A DNA stretch of 40,143 bases. Source: a virus. The stretch covers positions 1-40,143 of the IMG/VR virus record IMGVR_UViG_3300027850_000001; one strand, written 5' to 3'. Position numbers and translations under genes: made by a program. Of this stretch, positions 9,273-16,047 are shown piece after piece. Under the pieces are notes generated by a model, which worked only from the letters and a program-made list of their open reading frames with translations, had not been told where the DNA came from and ran no database searches. Numbering within the stretch: the stretch's first letter is position 1; each line of letters begins with the position of its first letter.

Positions 9273-9462
9273 ATTTCCAATAGGATAAGGGACTAGTTAA
9301 ACCTTTCCTCTCAACTTCCCACAGAGTCAAGGACGGCTTAAGATAGTCTGCTTTGCCTAGTGGCTTTTTGGAATGTCTTCAGATCTGAGTTCCCGCAAAC
9401 CCATCACCTCAAACATGGTGTTCTTTTCCCTATCCCGCAATAGTTCTTTTCCCACTTCCTTT

Positions 9463-9468
9463 ATTCTA
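9463..9468 (-). promoter_or_regulatory. Candidate -10 element TAGAAT for the terminase/fibre operon. No good -35 or TG extension.
   Basis: The minus strand reads AAAGTAGAATAAAGGAAG, the same TAGAAT-AAAGG context as promoter 16883..16911. It lies about 190 nt upstream of ATG 9272. Confidence 0.35.
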
Positions 9469-9540
9469 CTTTGTTTACAAGAATGTTGCATCCGTATTTA
9501 GAATATTTCTTTAGGTATAAAAACTACTAAGAGTTAGAAT

Positions 9541-9573
9541 AGCAATAAAAAGCCCTACCAGACTGGTAAGGCT
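9541..9573 (-). terminator. Rho-independent terminator after 9598..9798.
   Basis: Hairpin 9551..9573 (AGCCCTACCA-GAC-TGGTAAGGCT, 9 bp with one mismatch). On the minus strand it is followed by TTTTTATTG. Confidence 0.6.
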
Positions 9574-9597
9574 ATATCTTTTTCTAGGTTTGTTCTT

Positions 9598-9798
9598 TTA
9601 GCCAAAGGCAGTGACGTCACCGTACTTGTTAACGTAAACCCGGTTCACCCGGAGTTCGCCAGCTAGGACGTATTCTCTCGAAGAGACGAAATAGTAGCCC
9701 CTCTCAAACATTTGACCTTTGATGGAATATTTAGGTTCTTGAGAAGCCTTTAGTTCTAAAGCAACTAACTGACCGGAGGAAAATGTTCTATGTAACAT
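9598..9798 (-). CDS. Hypothetical protein.
   Basis: 66-aa ORF between two terminator-like hairpins. No motif recognised. Confidence 0.4.
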   Translation of the reverse strand: MLHRTFSSGQLVALELKASQEPKYSIKGQMFERGYYFVSSREYVLAGELRVNRVYVNKYGDVTAFG

Positions 9799-9829
9799 GA
9801 CCTTTACCTTTAATGGGTTCTACTGGGAT

Positions 9830-9859
9830 AAAGTCCCATACCTTGCGATAGGGGACTTT
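9830..9859 (-). terminator. Hairpin downstream of small paralog A.
   Basis: AAAGTCCC (9830-9837) pairs with GGGACTTT (9852-9859), with a 14-nt loop. T-rich flank. Confidence 0.4.
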
Positions 9860-9877
9860 TATTGGGTTTAGTGAAGC

Positions 9878-10048
9878 TTAGATGGAATATAGGAACATGA
9901 TGCGACCTGACTTGAATGTAACTTCTAAGATAGTTTCAACAGGCTGGTCTATGTCATGGACGTCTGTGAACTTAACGCCTGTTTCCTTCAAGGTATATGT
10001 TTCAGAGTTGTCGTCATAAACTAAAGCGGTGCGTAGTACTTGTGTCAT
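9878..10048 (-). CDS. 56-aa early protein, paralog A (below the ORF-track cutoff).
   Basis: Hand translation: MTQVLRTALVYDDNSETYTLKETGVKFTDVHDIDQPVETILEVTFKSGRIMFLYSI. It has RBS AAAGGA, its own near-consensus promoter, and 48 of 56 residues identical to 10241..10411. Confidence 0.65.
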   Translation of the reverse strand: MTQVLRTALVYDDNSETYTLKETGVKFTDVHDIDQPVETILEVTFKSGRIMFLYSI

Positions 10049-10090
10049 GGTGAATGTCCTTTGGGTTGTTTGTTTTCTCTCTACCCTTTA

Positions 10091-10119
10091 ATACTAACTG
10101 ACCTTTCTAAAAAGTGCAA
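10091..10119 (-). promoter_or_regulatory. Sigma70-type promoter TTGCAC-N17-TAGTAT.
   Basis: On the minus strand: -35 at 10114-10119, -10 at 10091-10096, then the conserved TAAAGGGTAGAGAGAAAACAAAC leader. Confidence 0.6.
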
Positions 10120-10195
10120 TAGCTATTTCCAAAGTTCAGTACATCTCTTTTCACTGTAACAAACTATACCTACCCTTAGGAAAGTTAGAATAGTA

Positions 10196-10223
10196 ATAAA
10201 AAAAGCCCTCACCATTGAGGACT
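10196..10223 (-). terminator. Rho-independent terminator after small paralog B.
   Basis: Minus-strand RNA GUCCUCA-AUGG-UGAGGGC (7 bp including one G-U), followed by UUUUUUUAUU. Confidence 0.6.
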
Positions 10224-10240
10224 CTTTAGGACTGACTAAC

Positions 10241-10411
10241 TTAGATGGAATAAAGGAACATAATGCGTCCAGACTTGAAGGTAACTTCTAAGCGTGTTTC
10301 AACTGGTAAGTCGATGTCGTGAACGTCTGAGAACTGAACTCCGGTAGCCTTCAAGGTGTATGTTTCGGAGTTGTCATCGTAGGTTAAAGCGGAACGAAGT
10401 ACTTGTAACAT
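10241..10411 (-). CDS. 56-aa early protein, paralog B (below the ORF-track cutoff).
   Basis: Hand translation: MLQVLRSALTYDDNSETYTLKATGVQFSDVHDIDLPVETRLEVTFKSGRIMFLYSI. Same leader and RBS as paralog A. Confidence 0.65.
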   Translation of the reverse strand: MLQVLRSALTYDDNSETYTLKATGVQFSDVHDIDLPVETRLEVTFKSGRIMFLYSI

Positions 10412-10453
10412 GGTGAATGTCCTTTAGGCGGTTTGTTTTCTCTCTACCCCTAA

Positions 10454-10482
10454 ATACTAACTAACATTCTTTTTTCTGTCAA
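10454..10482 (-). promoter_or_regulatory. Consensus sigma70-type promoter TTGACA-N17-TAGTAT.
   Basis: -35 at 10477-10482, exact 17-nt spacer, -10 at 10454-10459, then the TTAGGGGTAGAGAGAAAACAAACC leader. Confidence 0.7.
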
Positions 10483-10550
10483 GTACTTTTTCAATAGTTC
10501 AGTGTTTCTCTCTTTTTGGTAACAACCTATACCGCCTCTCAGTAACCTAG

Positions 10551-10850
10551 AATGGTGAAAAGTGGTTAGCGGCGTGAGGATGCCCTTGAAGGCTCATTAG
10601 TAAGCTAAATGACCTATTGGGTTCCCTCCCTATTTAGGAGGCTGTCACGCGCGGGCTGTAATGACCAAAACTCGTTAAAAGTGAAAAGAAAAGCGCAATG
10701 GTGAAAAGCAGAATGGTGAAATGTCTAAAATGACTAAAATGTCGAAAATGTCGAAAATGTACATAATGACTATAATGTTCAAAATGACTATAATGTACAT
10801 AATATACATAATGTACATAATGTTCAAAATGTCTCGAAGTGGTGAAAAAG
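10551..10850. repeat. Four dispersed copies of an AATGGTGAAAAG-like 12-mer (iteron-like).
   Basis: Copies: aatggtgaaaag 10551-10562, aatggtgaaaag 10697-10708, aatggtgaaatg 10712-10723, aagtggtgaaaaag 10837-10850. A related aaaagtgaaaag lies at 10677-10688. They flank the 9-bp array. Confidence 0.7.
10721..10837. repeat. Tandem array of thirteen 9-bp units, consensus ATGTNCAWA, AT-rich.
   Basis: Read directly: atgtctaaa atgactaaa atgtcgaaa atgtcgaaa atgtacata atgactata atgttcaaa atgactata atgtacata atatacata atgtacata atgttcaaa atgtctcga. Confidence 0.9.
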
Positions 10851-10911
10851 TACGAATAGCAAAAAAGAAGGCTTCTTAGCCCTCTCTTTTATTTAGCCCT
10901 CTCAGAATGCC

Positions 10912-12201
10912 TTAGAAAGGTTCATCGTCATCGTCTTCGACTAAAGCTTCAGCTATCACTTCGCGGCGGTACAGTTGGTCATCGTGGTCGTCTCTATCAA
11001 CTTCTTTCTCAAGGCTGTCAACTGTTGGAGGTGTAGGGATGATGTTAAGGTAGCTGTTGCCATTGTACTGTAAGGCGTTCCCTGGCATGTAAATAACGCC
11101 TTGAATCCGAAAACATTGAACTGTCATGTTGTAATAGTTGTTAGCCACATAATGACCAAGGTTCAGATCGTAATAAAGGTTGAACCGACTTTGGACAAAA
11201 CCTTCACTGTCTAATGTGAAATAGCGTAAAGTACTTCTGTCTTCAAAGTCTAAATGCTGTAAGGCTACGAAGTCGAAGTTTGAGAAGAACCCTTCTATCT
11301 CGGAGATGTCACCTCCTAAATAGGCTTCAACTTCATACTTGTCAAAAGACTGTAATGGCAAGTACTGGCAACTTCTAAAGTGTTGGGTGTAGCTTTGCAT
11401 TAAACACAACGCATTGTACTGTCTAGCAGTCGTAGGAGTGTAGTAAAGCTTGGTTGAACCCTTTATGACCTGTTGACCCGCTTGCTCGCTGTAGCGCCTT
11501 ACGAATAGGTCTAGAGACATCTCCGAATAGTCACCTTTATAAACGCAGTCTTTGGGTGACTTAATGGCTAGTGTTTCGACTACCACTTGGTCGCACCCTT
11601 TAAGGATGTCCGAGAGAAAAGTAACTATTTCACATTTAGGACTCGGATCTGGTTTTCTTACGGCGGCTACGTCATAACCCGGTTCAAGCACCACTCTCTT
11701 TTCGGTTAGACCTTCTAGCACTTTGTTTAGCTTTGTCATAGCTAGACGTCCTTTGAGAGTGCTTACTTTCTTAACAATGGACTCCGGCTTACTAAATAGA
11801 AACAAGACTGAAGGATGTCTGCCACTTTGGAATAGGTTGTGAAAGACGTGAGTGACAAGACTGGAAAGACAAGCTACAGTCCTTGGTACTACTGGTGTTA
11901 CCGATATTGCTACGTCTTTGTGAATGTAAAAGATGTGGACACCATCAACCATTGTCTCTTGTGAGTTGTTGTTTCTATAGGTGTAATAGGAGGTTACTAC
12001 TAGGTGGTTTTTGAACTTGTAAGCTACACTTTCCAAGCCTGTGAAAATGTGTGAACCGGAACCTATACACCAAACACTTCCAGATGTGTTCAGAGTGACC
12101 TTCTTACCATTCAACATTATTTCATCTATCAAAGCTTCTTTAATGTAAGAAGAGTCGGTTAAGAAGGCATCTAGGGAGTAGTCGTAGTTGTAGTCTAGCA
12201 T
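10912..12201 (-). CDS. Early protein of unknown function, large paralog 1, with an SSB-tip-like acidic C-terminus.
   Basis: 429 aa with a consensus promoter. It is paralogous to 12289..13428 (for example VTFLSDILKGC / VKFLIEVLKGC, and YYTPTTARQYNALCLMQSYTQHFRSCQY / FYFPETKEQYIAFILMMSYTTKFNSCMY). The protein ends ...ALVEDDDDEPF. Confidence 0.7.
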   Translation of the reverse strand: MLDYNYDYSLDAFLTDSSYIKEALIDEIMLNGKKVTLNTSGSVWCIGSGSHIFTGLESVAYKFKNHLVVTSYYTYRNNNSQETMVDGVHIFYIHKDVAISVTPVVPRTVACLSSLVTHVFHNLFQSGRHPSVLFLFSKPESIVKKVSTLKGRLAMTKLNKVLEGLTEKRVVLEPGYDVAAVRKPDPSPKCEIVTFLSDILKGCDQVVVETLAIKSPKDCVYKGDYSEMSLDLFVRRYSEQAGQQVIKGSTKLYYTPTTARQYNALCLMQSYTQHFRSCQYLPLQSFDKYEVEAYLGGDISEIEGFFSNFDFVALQHLDFEDRSTLRYFTLDSEGFVQSRFNLYYDLNLGHYVANNYYNMTVQCFRIQGVIYMPGNALQYNGNSYLNIIPTPPTVDSLEKEVDRDDHDDQLYRREVIAEALVEDDDDEPF

Positions 12202-12254
12202 GGTCTAATATCCTTTGTTGGGGTTGAGAGGTAAGCTGTTTTGCCTACCCCTAA

Positions 12255-12283
12255 ATACTAACTAACTATTTTCCCTTTGTCAA
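12255..12283 (-). promoter_or_regulatory. Consensus promoter TTGACA-N17-TAGTAT.
   Basis: -35 at 12278-12283, -10 at 12255-12260, then a TTAGGGGTAGG leader. Confidence 0.7.
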
Positions 12284-12288
12284 GGGGT

Positions 12289-13428
12289 TTAGCAATAAAT
12301 ATATTGCGATAGTCTAGCAGGTTCATTCATGTAAGCCCTACCTGCGTAACAGACTGTCCCAGGTTCACCATTAGAACCGTCTATTAACATACCACCTACC
12401 TTTATGTCAAGTTGGGACATATTATAGCTATTCGAGACTTTATAGCCTTTGTCAGTCATAAAGACAGTGAAGCGCTTTTCGACTAACCCGTCATCTCCTA
12501 ACTGGAAGAAAGGCATGATAGACCCCTTTAGGAAGTCATCCACACTCCATAAACTATAGATGCCGCCACTACAGTCCAAGTTTCTCGGAGGGGTCAAGGA
12601 CTTCACTGTAAGCAACGCTTTAGCGCGCTTTAGTGTGATGTCATGCGTAAACATATACATGCAGCTATTGAACTTAGTCGTATAGGACATCATCAAAATG
12701 AAGGCAATGTACTGCTCTTTAGTTTCGGGAAAGTAGAATGTTTCCACTTCACGAATGGGCATTAACTTTTGTAACGAAAGAGTAGCACTTAACCACTCAG
12801 TTCCATTCCGAACATTCCGACTATAGCTAGACGTCTCAGAAGGTACTGGCAAGGTTGAAGGTTTGTGAATAGCCCTATGACTCGCAGTAGTTGTCGGACA
12901 TCCCTTTAGCACTTCGATAAGAAACTTCACCGCTTCAGTCTTTTCAACTTTCTTAGGTGGCTTTTTAGGTAAAGGTACTTCCATATTCTTTAGAAGGAAG
13001 TTAGTGTCAAGTAAAGGGTTAAGTGCTATCAGGTCAAGATAGTCCGCCTTGAATGAGGTTACACCCATCTTTTTCAAGACTGTCTTATATTTGGCACTGG
13101 CAATGTAAAAAGCCTTATTGGTTATGTTATAGAAGGTTGAACCCGCGTAATGTAGGCAAGAAAAGAGACATAGTGAGGGTGACTCGAAAACCAAGAACTT
13201 ACCAACTTTAGAACATTTTAGAACGTCTAGACAGTCAGCACCTTTATATAAATAGTCAAAGGTTATAAGAACTGTCTCATCATCTTCAACTATTGTCAGT
13301 TTTAATGGCTCAACATCACCTTCTCTATTGATAAGTATTTTGCGAGCGCCTGTGCATGCTATATAAGATAACCCTATGTAACCGAGTTGCACTTCGTTGC
13401 CGTTGTAAACAGTGGTTGTCGTCTTCAT
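12289..13428 (-). CDS. Early protein of unknown function, large paralog 2.
   Basis: 379 aa with its own consensus promoter. It shares blocks with 10912..12201 but lacks the acidic tail (ends ...RLSQYIYC). Confidence 0.7.
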   Translation of the reverse strand: MKTTTTVYNGNEVQLGYIGLSYIACTGARKILINREGDVEPLKLTIVEDDETVLITFDYLYKGADCLDVLKCSKVGKFLVFESPSLCLFSCLHYAGSTFYNITNKAFYIASAKYKTVLKKMGVTSFKADYLDLIALNPLLDTNFLLKNMEVPLPKKPPKKVEKTEAVKFLIEVLKGCPTTTASHRAIHKPSTLPVPSETSSYSRNVRNGTEWLSATLSLQKLMPIREVETFYFPETKEQYIAFILMMSYTTKFNSCMYMFTHDITLKRAKALLTVKSLTPPRNLDCSGGIYSLWSVDDFLKGSIMPFFQLGDDGLVEKRFTVFMTDKGYKVSNSYNMSQLDIKVGGMLIDGSNGEPGTVCYAGRAYMNEPARLSQYIYC

Positions 13429-13480
13429 AAATGTCCTTTGTAACAGAGTAGTGTTAGGTGGCTTTTCTCTCCACCCCTAA

Positions 13481-13509
13481 ATACTAGCAAGGACTGTTTA
13501 AACTGTCAA
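13481..13509 (-). promoter_or_regulatory. Consensus promoter TTGACA-N17-TAGTAT.
   Basis: -35 at 13504-13509, -10 at 13481-13486, then a TTAGGGGTGGAGAGAAAAG leader. The -35 lies 8 nt from the divergent ATG 13518. Confidence 0.7.
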
Positions 13510-13517
13510 CACTGAAT

Positions 13518-15800
13518 ATGAATGTACCAAATATTACAGTCAGAATGACCGGGCTACCCTACGTGTTCTCAAGTATACTAAGTGGGTCAATAACGCTTGC
13601 GGCTAATGAAGGTGGTACTACCCTATCCCTAAGGTTGTCAGATGTAACCCATAAGATAGCTAACGACTTGATAAAGCACTCGATGGCTTCAGGTGGTATT
13701 CAAGGTTTACCACAACCGGAGCCACCTTCTTTAGTCGGAGCTAACGCGCCAGCTATTGACCAAGCAGTGAAGGACATACCTAACGATCCGGGAAAACAGT
13801 ACAGCTATTCTTTGCAATGGGCAAGCATCAAACTTGCAATAGTGAAAGAATGTCTCAGATCCGGGTTAAACCTCCCAGACCAAATAGCCTATGTTTTGGC
13901 AACGGCTGACGGGGAAAGTGGTAAGGCACGGGACATGATAGAAGTCTGGGGTAACAGTGCCGCGCAACAGTCTTATCAAGGTAGGTTAGGTAACACAAGC
14001 CCTGGTGACGGTTACACTTTCCGTGGTCGTGGACTATCCCAAACAACTGGCAAAGAACGGTATGTTTATTGGAGTAAGATATTAGGTGTCGACTTAGTAA
14101 AGAACCCCGATATTATGGCGCAACTACCTGTAGCTATTCCGGTTTTAGTTCAAGGGATGCGAGATGGCGGCTTCACTGGACGTAAGTTGTCAAGATATAT
14201 CAATGAACAGGGAACCGACTTTTATAACGCTAGGCGGGTTATAAACGGGATAGTACCAGCACAGATGCCAACATATAACAACGCGTTTAAGCGCTACCAA
14301 ACTGAAGTTCCGGCTTTGATAGCTCAAGCAGTTGCTGCACTGTCAGCCGAAAAGAAGCCTAAAGAAGCACCTACCCTACTCGTAAAGTCGACTAAGGTTG
14401 ACGCCGTGCCAACTACTGTTTCATCTGTTACGCAGGCTATAACACCACTTGCTATTCCACCTGTTAAAGGAAACATGCTGATAGTTCAGTGGGAAACTAT
14501 CGAGATGACCTTCTTTCATACAGGGACTGAAGTCGACAATGGTGGTGTGACGACCATAACAGGTCAAGGTTTGCGTTGGGTTATGAACCGGAGGAAAAGA
14601 ACAAAAGCTATTTCCGGTTTGACATTTTCAGCACTTGCCGAAAGAGTAGGACGCACTCACGGCATTGAAGTCCGATATAAAGCAGCTTACGATCCGAGCT
14701 TTATTGTCGTCGAACAAACTGGCATCTCCGACTATGCACTCCTAAAACGTGAAGCAAGTAGGGCTGGTCTGTTCATCTCGGAAGAACCTGGCGCTATTCT
14801 TATCCAGTCACTTTCTCAGATCCGAGACACTTCTATCGTTTTGGAAATAGGTAAGAACCTTGTAAAGTGGTCTGTGAAAGATAAAGCTATTGACAGTTCG
14901 GACACCTATGAACAACCTGATAGTCTTCTAACTGGTGAAGTGAAAGGTGCTATTGACCCCTTAACAGGTAAGGTCATTCAGAAAGTGCCAGACGTTGACC
15001 CGGCTAAAGACTCTAAGGACGCAACTGGTACTACGCCATCAAAAGCTCCGATCGGAGGAACACTACTCCCTGGTCAAGAAATAATAGCTTTGCAGCAAGT
15101 TCAAAGGACTAAGAGAGTTAAAGGCTTACCCTCACAGTTCACCGTAGTTACAGATGATACTATGCTGACTTTGACCCCTTTATCGGCACTTAGAACTAAA
15201 GGTATCTCAGAGTACTTAGACCGTGTTTGGCTCATAAACAAAGTAACCCATGTAACTGACGGTACTACTACAATAGAGTGTTTTAGCCCTGTGGAAATAT
15301 TAGACATCTCGACTCCTACTGTTCAACCAACTACCCCTACCATTAACCTCCTAAATGACGCTACACCTGGTTTGTTCATTGTTCCATGCAATGGGTCAGT
15401 TACATCACTTGTAGGGCGTCGAGTCGCTCCTACGGCTGGTGCTTCAACCCAACATAACGGAACTGATATTGGCGCTGCACGCGGAACACCTATCATTGCC
15501 AGCCAAAGCGGTGTTGTCACTATTGCGGCTACCCAAAGGGGTTATGGTCAGGTTGTTTACATCCAACATGCTAACGACTTTGAAACACGTTACGCGCACT
15601 TACAGTCCTTTAACACACAAGTAAACGCCACCGTTGCTAAGGGTGACGTTATAGGTTATATGGGTAGTACTGGTGTCGGAACTGGCGTCCACTTACATTT
15701 TGAAGTGAGAAAGAAGGGTAGCGCTTTGACCCCTGTTCAATATGGCTTACCATCCATCTCTAAGATAGGTGGTAAGGCTGTTCAAGGCGCTGTGAACTAG
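13518..15800 (+). CDS. Baseplate hub (P2 gpD-like) protein carrying two muralytic domains: a GH19-type lysozyme/chitinase-like domain and an M23 peptidase.
   Basis: 760 aa. N-terminal PNITVRMTGLPYVFSSILSGSITLAANEGGTTLSLRLSD and central ISDYALLKREASRAGLFI resemble gpD (late control D). YTFRGRGLSQTTGKERY is a GH19-type catalytic motif. HNGTDIGAARGTPI...GSTGVGTGVHLHFEVR gives the M23 HxxxD/HxH motifs. Confidence 0.7.
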   Translation: MNVPNITVRMTGLPYVFSSILSGSITLAANEGGTTLSLRLSDVTHKIANDLIKHSMASGGIQGLPQPEPPSLVGANAPAIDQAVKDIPNDPGKQYSYSLQWASIKLAIVKECLRSGLNLPDQIAYVLATADGESGKARDMIEVWGNSAAQQSYQGRLGNTSPGDGYTFRGRGLSQTTGKERYVYWSKILGVDLVKNPDIMAQLPVAIPVLVQGMRDGGFTGRKLSRYINEQGTDFYNARRVINGIVPAQMPTYNNAFKRYQTEVPALIAQAVAALSAEKKPKEAPTLLVKSTKVDAVPTTVSSVTQAITPLAIPPVKGNMLIVQWETIEMTFFHTGTEVDNGGVTTITGQGLRWVMNRRKRTKAISGLTFSALAERVGRTHGIEVRYKAAYDPSFIVVEQTGISDYALLKREASRAGLFISEEPGAILIQSLSQIRDTSIVLEIGKNLVKWSVKDKAIDSSDTYEQPDSLLTGEVKGAIDPLTGKVIQKVPDVDPAKDSKDATGTTPSKAPIGGTLLPGQEIIALQQVQRTKRVKGLPSQFTVVTDDTMLTLTPLSALRTKGISEYLDRVWLINKVTHVTDGTTTIECFSPVEILDISTPTVQPTTPTINLLNDATPGLFIVPCNGSVTSLVGRRVAPTAGASTQHNGTDIGAARGTPIIASQSGVVTIAATQRGYGQVVYIQHANDFETRYAHLQSFNTQVNATVAKGDVIGYMGSTGVGTGVHLHFEVRKKGSALTPVQYGLPSISKIGGKAVQGAVN

Positions 15801-16034
15801 TTAGTCCTCATCATCCTCCGGAAGTACTGGTAGCATTGCAAAACAGGTGTTACCATTACATCCACTTTCTGAGAAGTCAGGGTTATCAAGGTCTTCATCG
15901 TCGATGTCTAAGACGTAACCTTCTAGGAGATGTGCTGCAAAGTCTTCAACTGTATTGAAGCCACTGTCGATGCTATCGTAAACTAAACCAAGTACTATTT
16001 CACTTTCGAGTTCTATTGTCATCTTTAGTAACAT
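15801..16034 (-). CDS. Small acidic protein.
   Basis: I prefer ATG 16034 (MLLKMTIELE..., 77 aa), which is preceded by GGAGATAAAGG just after the kinase stop, over the track start at 16082. The protein is Asp/Glu-rich and ends LPEDDED. Confidence 0.5.
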   Translation of the reverse strand: MLLKMTIELESEIVLGLVYDSIDSGFNTVEDFAAHLLEGYVLDIDDEDLDNPDFSESGCNGNTCFAMLPVLPEDDED

Positions 16035-16047
16035 AACCTTTATCTCC

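Larger units (their letters stand above)
9870..10545 (-). repeat. Tandem duplication, two ~363-bp units. Each unit carries upstream region, promoter, leader and a 56-aa ORF.
   Basis: Equivalent landmarks are offset by 363 bp: stops 9878/10241, starts 10048/10411, -10 boxes 10091/10454. The upstream segments caatagct..gtaacaa and caatagtt..gtaacaa also align. Confidence 0.8.

Noticed and set aside
9357-9416. 19-codon uORF (MFEVMGLRELRSEDIPKSH) in the TerL leader, considered as a remnant small terminase.
   Set aside because: It is far too short for a terminase small subunit. It is probably just leader sequence.
10600-10640. tRNA-like T-arm (tgggttccctccc) in the repeat region.
   Set aside because: There is no GTTCRANNC loop with a 5-bp stem, and no acceptor or anticodon arms could be built on either strand. 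I found no tRNA anywhere in the window.
10721-10837. Possible CRISPR array.
   Set aside because: The units are 9 bp and contiguous, with no spacers. There are no cas genes, and the repeats are far shorter than CRISPR repeats.
10721-10879. A 52-codon plus-strand ORF running through the 9-bp array, giving a peptide with Met at every third residue (MSKMTKMSKMSKMYIMTIMFK...).
   Set aside because: The reading frame is a by-product of a 9-bp (three-codon) DNA repeat that happens to contain ATG. There is no RBS or plus-strand promoter, and the composition is implausible. I treat it as non-coding repeat DNA.
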